From Chloroflexota bacterium (GTDB taxonomy: Bacteria; Chloroflexota; Limnocylindria; Limnocylindrales; CSP1-4), in contig JAJYGK010000038.1 of assembly GCA_021790715.1 (NCBI GenBank), forward strand, positions 1-50,934: 50,934 nucleotides of DNA. Direction: 5' to 3'. The notes under the pieces were generated by a model that saw only the letters and a list, made by a program, of their open reading frames with translations, was not told the DNA's origin and did no database searches. Within the stretch, counting starts at the first letter, position 1. Each line of letters opens with the position of its first letter. This document shows positions 34,601-40,962 of this stretch, one piece after another. Made by a program: the position numbers and the translations under genes.

Positions 34601-35273
34601 CGCCCTCGGCGCGGAACGCAACATCCGCGTCGCGAACTGCACGACGCCGGCGCAGTACTTCCACCTGCTTCGCGACCAGGCGCTCCGGAGCGTCGTGCGC
34701 CCGCTGGTCCTCATGACACCCAAGGGACTCCTGCGCCTTCCCGCCGCCACGTCGACGGTCCGGGAGCTCGCCGGGGGCGCGTTCGAACCGGTGCTCGACG
34801 ATCCGGCGCGCGTCGGGGATCGGGACGCCGTCCGGCGCGTCGTCCTCTGCAGCGGCCGGCTCTACTACGAGCTGACCGCTCCGGACGTCGCCGCGTCCGC
34901 ACCGGAGACGGCCGTCGTCCGCGTGGAGCTGCTCTACCCGTTCCCCGCGCGGGAGCTGCGCCAGGTGCTCCGCCGGTACCGCGCGCTCGAGACGGTCGTC
35001 TGGGCGCAGGAGGAGCCGCGCAACATGGGAGCGCGGAAGTTCATCGTGCCCGAACTGCGGGCGGTCGTCCCGGAGCGGATCCCGATCCTGGAGGTCTCGC
35101 GCCCCGAGCGCTCGGCGCCCGCCGAGGGCTACCACGCGGCGCACCGCGCGGCCGAGGCGCGGATCGTCCGGGAGGCGCTCGGATCGCCCGACCGACCGGC
35201 CGGGGCGCGCGACGGATCGGCCGGCTCGCACGTGAGGCCGGCCCGCCCGCACGAGGGCCCGGCCTCACGCTGA
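31668..35273 (+). CDS. kgd: multifunctional 2-oxoglutarate dehydrogenase E1 with N-terminal E2-type acyltransferase domain (Kgd/OdhA type)
   Basis: Track ORF of 1201 aa with a GTG start. The N-terminal region has an E2 catalytic core with the DHR motif (TSTYDHRVIQGAESG, DHR codons 32373-32381) and no lipoyl domain. The E1o body follows (RFSIEGLD, MAHRGRLNVL, HGDAALAGQGVV, PHGYEGQGPEHSSARLER). Confidence 0.9.
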   Translation: MTSIEHDGGNAPHEAAHRTSPGDATTSLVATAGPGLRDGTREVPIQGVGARLVANMERSLSVPSATSFRDVPAAALQDARAAINAHIAPRRLSLTHLVAYAVAQAAAVHPAMTSAYREIDGRPHRLEPGRVHLGLAVDVEQRDGSRFLVVPVVHDAADLDFAEFAAAYDDLVERARSGALRPDDLAGGTITLTNPGTLGTTASVPRLMAGQGSIIATGAIRDPGSGPVMTITSTYDHRVIQGAESGRFLRTLDELLQGADGFYELAAGSLGASIGPTAGPGQTRTGAAAPRPVPGVAGIAPVTLADVAGAMALVRSFRQFGHRAARLDPLGSDPPGDPSLDPATWGLAPDALARIPASVLRVFVPGQALADVLPQLRRTYCGTMAFEVEHISSVEERTWLRRAIESGDFRTRPPVDERLRLLDRLTAVEAFELFLQRAYLGQKRFSIEGLDMLVPMLDELVGLASRAGTGAVEIGMAHRGRLNVLAHVVGVPYANILEEFERGHPSAEPDEAPGDETSDVKYHRGASGTVQAPGGEVRVSVSPNPSHLEAVDPVVEGRTRAEQTDRHATGAPRDTSRAVAVLVHGDAALAGQGVVAETLNLARLAGYTTGGTIHVVANNQLGFTVDPAAGRSTAYASDVAKGFDVPIVHVNADDPEACLSAIRLAVAYRELFHGDVLVDLVGYRRRGHNEEDEPAYTQPLQYERIASHPTVRARYLALLAAEGSVEAATGEAALAEAEGRLAGIRERLPKPPRRAAGAGDGTARPGDATPVPARPDGPEPARPAAIPAVPVETLRAINERLHAWPEGFTVHPKLVRQLDRRREALAPGGRIAWGHAEQLALGSLLLDGVPIRLTGQDTERGTFSQRHLVLHDARTGGRHTPLAALPGARASLELHDSPLSEYACLGFEYGYAVQAPDALVLWEAQYGDFANAAEVIIDQFIIAGLAKWGLTSRLVLLLPHGYEGQGPEHSSARLERYLALGAERNIRVANCTTPAQYFHLLRDQALRSVVRPLVLMTPKGLLRLPAATSTVRELAGGAFEPVLDDPARVGDRDAVRRVVLCSGRLYYELTAPDVAASAPETAVVRVELLYPFPARELRQVLRRYRALETVVWAQEEPRNMGARKFIVPELRAVVPERIPILEVSRPERSAPAEGYHAAHRAAEARIVREALGSPDRPAGARDGSAGSHVRPARPHEGPASR

Positions 35274-36287
35274 GGCGGGGGCCAGCCTCACCGGCTCGCC
35301 GGCGGCGATCGACCGGTACGCGGCATCGACGATCTCGACGGCGCGCAACCCGTCCAGGCCGCTGACGGCCGGCTGACGCCGGTCGCGCACGGCCGCCACG
35401 AACTCCTCCAGCATGCCCCGGTCGGCGTCCGGTCCCCACGCCGGCCACGAGATCCCCGCCTCCCGCGTGCCGTAGACGGCCAGCCGCTGGCGGAATGCGT
35501 CGACCCGGATCGCCCCGCCCGTGCCGATCGCGTCGATCGAGAGGCCGCCCCACGTCGGGTACGAGCGCGGCTTGCTCCAGCTGCAGTCGATCGTCGCGAA
35601 CGCCCCGTTCGCGAAGCGCAGCGACACGAGGCCGCCGGTCTCCACGCGGTCGAAGCGCTCCTGCAGGATCCGGTTCGCCACGGCGTAGACCTCGACGACC
35701 TCGGCCCCCAGCATCCACCGGTACAGGTCGGCCAGGTGCACGACGTGGTCGGTGACGGCGCCGCCTCCCGATCGCGCAGGGTCGACGAACCAGGCGGCGT
35801 GCAGGTCCGGCATCGCGCCCGTGTTGACGCCCTCCATGCACACCACGTCGCCGAGACCACCCGCCTCGATCGTCGAACGGAGCGAGCGCAGGGCCGGGTT
35901 CCAGCGTGACGGGAACGCCGTCATGAGGAGGACGCCGGCCCGCTCGCAGGCATCCACGATGGCGCGCGCGTCGTCGACCGTGGTCGCGAGCGGCTTCTCG
36001 CAGAGGACGTGGACGCCGGCCGATGCCGCCTCCTCCACGAGCGCGCGGTGCTCGGCGTTGGGTGCCGTGATGACGACGCCGTCGACCTCGCGCAGCAGCG
36101 CGCCGACGGAGTCGAAGCCGGTCGTGCCCGCGCCGGCCGCCGCGGATGACGCCCGGGACGGGTCCGCATCCCAGATGCCGGCGAGGTCCACGCCGGGCAT
36201 GGCCGCGAGCAGCGGCACGTAGGCGCCCGCGTGCACGTGCTCCATCGAGAGGACGCCGATGCGGACGCTTCGTTCGTCGCCGGCCAT
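35265..36287 (-). CDS. Gfo/Idh/MocA-family oxidoreductase
   Basis: ATG 36287-36285 inside track ORF 35265..37403. Sequence reads MAGDERSVRIGVLSMEHVHA...VLCEKPLA. Its stop overlaps the kgd stop region by 9 nt. Confidence 0.85.
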   Translation of the reverse strand: MAGDERSVRIGVLSMEHVHAGAYVPLLAAMPGVDLAGIWDADPSRASSAAAGAGTTGFDSVGALLREVDGVVITAPNAEHRALVEEAASAGVHVLCEKPLATTVDDARAIVDACERAGVLLMTAFPSRWNPALRSLRSTIEAGGLGDVVCMEGVNTGAMPDLHAAWFVDPARSGGGAVTDHVVHLADLYRWMLGAEVVEVYAVANRILQERFDRVETGGLVSLRFANGAFATIDCSWSKPRSYPTWGGLSIDAIGTGGAIRVDAFRQRLAVYGTREAGISWPAWGPDADRGMLEEFVAAVRDRRQPAVSGLDGLRAVEIVDAAYRSIAAGEPVRLAPASA

Positions 36288-37300
36288 CACGCTGCCTCCG
36301 TTCGCTCGAGCCGCACCACGCGCCCGCCCTGGTGCGCGGATTCGTCCGCGGCCAGCGCCACGCGCAGCGTCTCGAGGGCATCCCGGGCGCTGGTCCGCGT
36401 CGGCGTGCCGTCGAGGATGGATCGGGCGAAGGCCGCCAGCTCCAGGCGGAACGGGTCGCCGTTGAGCGACGTGTCGGCGAGGGCCGTGGTGCCGCCCGCG
36501 TCCGTCCCGGAGAGGAGCGACGGGGTGATCGGTGCCGTGAGCGCGGAGTCGTGCTCGATCAGGCCGTGCGACCCGGCGATCTCGAAGGCGGTGTGGAAGG
36601 TGGGCGGCGCGTACGCCCAGGACGCCGAGACGTGGCTGATCGCCCCGGACTCGTGCGTCAGGATCGCCATGGCGTGGTCGATCCCTGCCTCCGGCCGCTC
36701 CACGCCGGCCGAGCGGCACTGCACGGTGGCCACCTCGCCCGCCACCCATCGCGCGTAGTCGAGGTCGTGGATCATCAGGTCGAGGACGATCCCCCCCGAC
36801 TTCGCGTGATCGAAGAACCAGTGGCCCGCGGGCTGGCGCGGCCGGAAGCTGGAGCGCGTCAGCCGCAGGACCGCCGGATCGCCGATGGCACCGGCGAGGA
36901 CCGCGTCGCGCGCCGCGACGTACTCGGGGAAGAAGCGCACGACGTGGCCGACCAGCAGGCGCACGCCCGCCGCCGAGGCCGCCTCGACCATCGCCTCCGC
37001 GTCCGCGAGCGTCCGGGCCATGGGCTTCTCGCAGACGACGTGGCGCCCCGCCCGGGCCGCCGCGACCGCGATCCCGGCGTGGAGATGCGTCGGCGTGCAG
37101 ACGTCGACGACGTCGACGGCGTCGAACAGCGCCTCGAGCGTCGTGACGGGCCGGGCACCGAACCGCGCGGCCAGGCCGGCGGCGCGTGCCTCGTCCACGT
37201 CGTAGACCACGGCCGGGATCCCCTCGGCCGTCCAGGCCGCCAGGTGGGTCTCGCCGATGAACCCCGTGCCGGCGACGCCGACACGCAGCCGCCCTGTCAC
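36287..37300 (-). CDS. Gfo/Idh/MocA-family oxidoreductase
   Basis: Track ORF of 337 aa with GTG start 37300 and GGGGGA upstream. Sequence reads LRVGVAGTGFIGETH...VVCEKPMA. TGATG overlap with the downstream paralogue. Confidence 0.85.
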   Translation of the reverse strand: MTGRLRVGVAGTGFIGETHLAAWTAEGIPAVVYDVDEARAAGLAARFGARPVTTLEALFDAVDVVDVCTPTHLHAGIAVAAARAGRHVVCEKPMARTLADAEAMVEAASAAGVRLLVGHVVRFFPEYVAARDAVLAGAIGDPAVLRLTRSSFRPRQPAGHWFFDHAKSGGIVLDLMIHDLDYARWVAGEVATVQCRSAGVERPEAGIDHAMAILTHESGAISHVSASWAYAPPTFHTAFEIAGSHGLIEHDSALTAPITPSLLSGTDAGGTTALADTSLNGDPFRLELAAFARSILDGTPTRTSARDALETLRVALAADESAHQGGRVVRLERTEAA

Positions 37301-37358
37301 TCCCCCACGACGGACGTCGCGCTGATCGCCACTCGTGCCGCTCCTGTGCTCGATCGTC

Positions 37359-37391
37359 GGGAAGGGCCGCCCCGGTCGGGCGGCCCTTCCC
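37359..37391 (-). terminator. 14-bp perfect GC-rich stem-loop between the HAD gene and the Gfo/Idh/MocA genes
   Basis: GGGAAGGGCCGCCC (37359-37372), loop CGGTC, then GGGCGGCCCTTCCC (37378-37391). There is no U tract on either strand. Confidence 0.5.
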
Positions 37392-37434
37392 GATCATAGC
37401 CACGGCGCCGCCCGTGGAGGCGGCCGTCGTGCAT

Positions 37435-38112
37435 CTACGCGGGCCGGGCCGCCACCGGCAGCCCGAGTCGCACGAGGTCGTGCCGCAGCGTCGCGGGATC
37501 GGCGAAGCGGAGCGCGACCATGCCCAGTGCCGCAGCGACGGCGACGTTGGCGGGGGAATCGTCGACGTACACGGTCGTCGACGGCTCGAGCCCGTGGCGA
37601 TCCAGCAGCGCGCGGAACATCGCCGGGTCCGGCTTGATCGTGCCGAGCTCGCCGGAGATCACGATGTCGTCGAACCACGACAGGAACGCGAAGTGCAGGC
37701 GGGCGATCGGGAACTTGGCGGCGGACCAGTTGCTGAGCGCATAGATCGGGAGACCGGCGCCGCGCAGCTCGCCCAGGACGTCCACGGTCCCGCGGATCGG
37801 CCCGCCGAGCATCTCCTCCCAGCGGCGGTCGAATGCGACGATCAGGTCGCGCGACTCCGGGTGGCGGGACGCGAGCTCGGCCACCGCCTCGTCCCACGGA
37901 CGCCCGGCGTCCTGCCGGGCGTTCCACTCCGGGGTGCACACCTCCGACAGGAATCGCTCCATGGCCGCCTCGTCGCCGGCGAACAGGCGCCGGTACAGGT
38001 GGCGCGGATCCCAGTCGATCAGGACGCCGCCCAGGTCGAAGACGGCCGCCGTGATCGGGACCCCGGACTCCGTCGCGCGCACTCGACCCGTCGTGCGGAC
38101 GCGATCCGTCAT
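37435..38112 (-). CDS. HAD-superfamily hydrolase, subfamily IA (YihX-like phosphatase fold)
   Basis: Track ORF of 225 aa. Motif I is AAVFDLGGVLIDW, followed by LSNWS and VYVDDSPANV. ATGA overlap with the upstream DUF3037 stop at 38109-38112. Confidence 0.85.
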   Translation of the reverse strand: MTDRVRTTGRVRATESGVPITAAVFDLGGVLIDWDPRHLYRRLFAGDEAAMERFLSEVCTPEWNARQDAGRPWDEAVAELASRHPESRDLIVAFDRRWEEMLGGPIRGTVDVLGELRGAGLPIYALSNWSAAKFPIARLHFAFLSWFDDIVISGELGTIKPDPAMFRALLDRHGLEPSTTVYVDDSPANVAVAAALGMVALRFADPATLRHDLVRLGLPVAARPA

Positions 38113-38627
38113 GCAGGGCCGCCCGGCGCGTCGCAGGCCGGCGTGGCGACGAGTTCGTCGAACAGGTGTCCGAGTGTCGCGGCGGGATCGTCGGTGAGCC
38201 CGGTGTGGACCTCCGACCGCTGGACGACGGTGCTGCTCGGCGAGGCCAGCCAGTGGAAGCGCTCGGGCTTCGCCATCCGGGCGATCGGGCCGGCCGACGC
38301 GTCCCCGGCGGCGACACGGACGATCGCGTCGAGCTGGGCGCGCACCTCGTCCGCATCGCAGTCGGGCGAGAGGGCCGCCAGGCGGGCGGCGTCCAGGTGG
38401 GCGCGCGCCCCCAGGAACCGCAGCGGGCGGGACCAGAGCACGATGCCGGCGTTGATGTACTCGCCGCGCTCGACGCGGGGGACCACCCGGAGCACCACGT
38501 AGGCGAACGGGCTGCGCGCGGATGCGAGCGCGCCCCGCGCACGGGCGGGGGCGACTGCCGGGTCGGGGGCGGCTGCCGGTTCCCGGGACGGGGCCTCCTT
38601 CGCGGACCTACGCGGCGAGGCGCCCAC
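38109..38627 (-). CDS. DUF3037 domain protein
   Basis: The C-terminal part of track ORF 38109..38831 reads FAYVVLRVVPRVERGEYINAGIVLWS...FHWLASPSSTVVQRSEVH, matching the DUF3037 signature as I remember it. The proposed start is GTG 38627-38625, preceded by GAGGAGG, 20 nt inside the kinase gene. Confidence 0.7.
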   Translation of the reverse strand: MGASPRRSAKEAPSREPAAAPDPAVAPARARGALASARSPFAYVVLRVVPRVERGEYINAGIVLWSRPLRFLGARAHLDAARLAALSPDCDADEVRAQLDAIVRVAAGDASAGPIARMAKPERFHWLASPSSTVVQRSEVHTGLTDDPAATLGHLFDELVATPACDAPGGPA

Positions 38628-39387
38628 GATCGGCCTCCTCCACGAACGCGCGCGGCGCCGCGAGGCGGCGCTCGATGTAGTCGACGTAGGCGCGGCGGTG
38701 GGCAGCGGCGTCCGGCAGCCCCGGTTCTGCCGGGAGCCACTCGTCCGGGACGCCGGCCAGGATCGAGGCCAGCAGCGCGCGATCCAGCCGCGGCGCAAGG
38801 CGTTCGTCGGCGTCGCGGATCGCGGACGCATACGGGAGCAGGACGTGGTCGCGGCTCTGGGGGAACGGCCGCCCGGCGTGGACGATCGCGTCCCGCCAGG
38901 TGTGGTGGATGTACAGCGCGGAGCCGTGGTCGATCAACCAGAGGCGGCGGTGCCACACGAGCAGGTTGGTGTTGCGGGCCGTGCGATCGACATTCGTGAG
39001 GAGGGCATCGAACCACACGACGTCTGCCGCCAGGTCCGGGTCCGGGACGAAGCCCGCGGCCGGATCGAACCCGAGCGCCCCGGGCAGGAAGTCGAGGCCG
39101 ACATTGAGGCCGGCGCTCCGGTCCAGGAGATCGCGGATCTCGGAGTCGGGCTCCGCCGACGCGAGCGCGGGATCGAGATCGACCAGCACGAGCTCCGGCA
39201 CGAGCAGGCCCAGGGCACGGCCGATCTCCCCGGCCACCAGCTCCGCGACGAGCGCCTTCGTGCCGTGTCCGGCGCCGCGGAACTTGACCACGTACAGCCC
39301 GTCGTCGTCCGCCTCGACGATCGCGGGCAGGGAGCCGCCCTCGCGGAGCGGGGCGACGTAGCGCGTGGCGGTCACGAGGCGGGACAT
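38608..39387 (-). CDS. HipA-like / PI3-4-kinase-fold protein kinase family protein
   Basis: Track ORF of 259 aa. Sequence reads RYVAPLREGGSLPAIVEADDDGLYVVKFRGAGHG, then catalytic-loop-like NVDRTARNTN and metal-binding-like LIDHG. Confidence 0.75.
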   Translation of the reverse strand: MSRLVTATRYVAPLREGGSLPAIVEADDDGLYVVKFRGAGHGTKALVAELVAGEIGRALGLLVPELVLVDLDPALASAEPDSEIRDLLDRSAGLNVGLDFLPGALGFDPAAGFVPDPDLAADVVWFDALLTNVDRTARNTNLLVWHRRLWLIDHGSALYIHHTWRDAIVHAGRPFPQSRDHVLLPYASAIRDADERLAPRLDRALLASILAGVPDEWLPAEPGLPDAAAHRRAYVDYIERRLAAPRAFVEEADRGRLAA

Positions 39388-39393
39388 GCGGAG

Positions 39394-39399
39394 AGTCTA
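39394..39399 (-). promoter_or_regulatory. candidate -10 (TAGACT) giving a leaderless kinase mRNA
   Basis: The reverse complement of 39394-39399 is TAGACT, followed by 6 nt (CTCCGC) and then ATG 39387. There is no Shine-Dalgarno. Confidence 0.4.
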
Positions 39400-39444
39400 G
39401 GGGACCGCGGCGGGTCCGCAGGCCCGCCCGCGGCCGAGAGCGGC

Positions 39445-39490
39445 GTGCGGCCCACCGGTCCGTGCGGCCACCGGCCGGTGCGGCCGGCGA
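39445..39490. repeat. three direct repeats GTGCGGCC(C)(ACCGG), period 16-17 nt
   Basis: Copies start at 39445, 39462 and 39478. They lie 58-103 nt upstream of the kinase ATG. Confidence 0.8.
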
Positions 39491-39509
39491 CGCGGCAGCG
39501 AGCCCGGGC

Positions 39510-39803
39510 CTACCGGGCAGGCGCCGATCCGGGGCGCTCCTCGAGTCGCCCGGCGAGCCGCCCGATCGCCTCCGCGCGGGCCGCCGGATCGCGCCCAGCG
39601 AGCGCCAGGCCGAGGAGGAACGACGTGATCGGGGCGGCGATCCGTTCGCTCCGGTGCGCCGCGATCCGCGCCATCTCCAGCAGCGCACGCTGCTCGTCGC
39701 GCGTGACGACGGGCGCCTCCGTGCCGGCCGCCACGAGCTCGTCGCGCACCGCGTCGAGCCACTCGTCGAGTCGCAGCCCGCCGGACGTCTCCGAACGTTC
39801 CAT
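39510..39803 (-). CDS. small DUF6457-like protein (family seen near molybdenum-cofactor genes in actinobacteria)
   Basis: ATG 39803-39801 inside track ORF 39510..40040, with GGGGGA 7 nt upstream. Sequence reads LRLDEWLDAVRDELV...ALLEMARIAAHRSERIAAPITSFLLGLALA. The family call is from memory and needs an HMM check. Confidence 0.6.
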   Translation of the reverse strand: MERSETSGGLRLDEWLDAVRDELVAAGTEAPVVTRDEQRALLEMARIAAHRSERIAAPITSFLLGLALAGRDPAARAEAIGRLAGRLEERPGSAPAR

Positions 39804-40025
39804 AGCTGTCCCCCTTGCCTGCGGCATCGGACCGCACGGCGGCGCCGGCGCCGGAGATCCGGCCGGGCGGTGGACCCGGCCGGGATCGGCGGACGGTCGC
39901 CCGCGCGGGTGGGCCATTCTCGCACCCCGGCCGCGCCGGGCGACGGAACCGACCCGTGGAACCGCGGCGTCGCCCCCGGCGGCGGGTGACGGGCCCCACC
40001 GGCCGGCCCGATCCGCCACGAGCGG

Positions 40026-40031
40026 TATAGT
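40026..40031 (+). promoter_or_regulatory. candidate -10 (TATAGT) for fdhD
   Basis: TATAGT lies 82 nt upstream of GTG 40113, which has a GAGGAAG Shine-Dalgarno. Confidence 0.3.
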
Positions 40032-40112
40032 CGCGGGCACCGCCGCCCCGCACCGGCGACGGCTGTCGCGGACACGATCGCCCGCTCAGGCCACGCATCC
40101 CGAGGAAGTGCC

Positions 40113-40961
40113 GTGCACGTCAGGCTCTCCTCGCCGAGCCGGGACATCGTCGAGACGCGGACGCTCGCCGTCCGTGGTCTCGCCGCGCGCGTCCGACCGG
40201 ACGCGCTGGCCGGCGAGGAACCCATGGAGATCCGGGCCGCGGGCCCGGATCAGGCACCGGTGCCGGTCGCCGTGACGATGCGGACGCCCGGCCACGACGA
40301 GGAGCTGGCGGCGGGCTTCCTCGTGACGGAGGGACTCGTCGCCCCCGGCGAGATCGCCGGCTTCGAGCTCGGCGACCCGGCGGCGGTCGCCAGGCCAGAC
40401 AACGTCATCACGGTCCGCCTCCGGAGCCGGTTCGATTCCACTGCCGTCGCCACCAGGAACTTCGCCGCGACGGCGAGCTGCGGAATCTGCGGCAAGGCGT
40501 CGCTCGATGCCGTCGAAACGCGATGCGAGCGGCTGGGCCCGGGGCCGAGCGTGTCCCGGGACACGATCGTCGCCCTCCCCGCGGCGCTGCGGGCGGCGCA
40601 GGAGGCATTCGAGGCGACGGGCGGGCTGCACGCGGCAGGCCTGTTCGACGCCGCCGGCCGGCTGCAGGGCATCCGGGAGGATGTCGGCCGCCACAACGCG
40701 CTCGACAAGCTGGTCGGAGCGATGGCGCTGGCGGATGGCCTGCCGCTCGCCACGGCCGTGCTCCTCGTCTCCGGACGCGTGAGCTTCGAGATCGTGCAGA
40801 AGGCCGCGATGGCCGGGATCCCGGTGACGTGCGCCGTGTCGGCGCCGACCGACCTGGCCGTCGAGGCGGCCGAACGTTTCGGCATGACGCTGGTCGGGTT
40901 CCTGCGCGGGGACGGGTTCAACGTCTACGCGCATCCCGAGCGCATCGCACTGGAGGTCTGA
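40113..40961 (+). CDS. fdhD: formate dehydrogenase accessory sulfurtransferase FdhD
   Basis: Track ORF of 282 aa. Motifs present are RTPGHDEELAAGFL, SCGICGK, GGLHAAGLF, EDVGRHNALDK and SGRVSFE. Confidence 0.9.
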   Translation: MHVRLSSPSRDIVETRTLAVRGLAARVRPDALAGEEPMEIRAAGPDQAPVPVAVTMRTPGHDEELAAGFLVTEGLVAPGEIAGFELGDPAAVARPDNVITVRLRSRFDSTAVATRNFAATASCGICGKASLDAVETRCERLGPGPSVSRDTIVALPAALRAAQEAFEATGGLHAAGLFDAAGRLQGIREDVGRHNALDKLVGAMALADGLPLATAVLLVSGRVSFEIVQKAAMAGIPVTCAVSAPTDLAVEAAERFGMTLVGFLRGDGFNVYAHPERIALEV

Positions 40962-40962
40962 G

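Noticed and set aside
38608-39803. Canonical hipBA toxin-antitoxin call.
   Set aside because: The upstream small protein is not an HTH/Xre-type HipB and is separated by 122 nt. The kinase is much shorter than HipA (259 aa) and is instead coupled to DUF3037. I therefore report it as an uncharacterised module, not as hipBA.
39804-40112. Molybdenum-cofactor riboswitch upstream of fdhD.
   Set aside because: I could not find the conserved Moco-motif elements as I remember them. The leader from the candidate -10 to the start is only about 75 nt. An Rfam scan would settle this.
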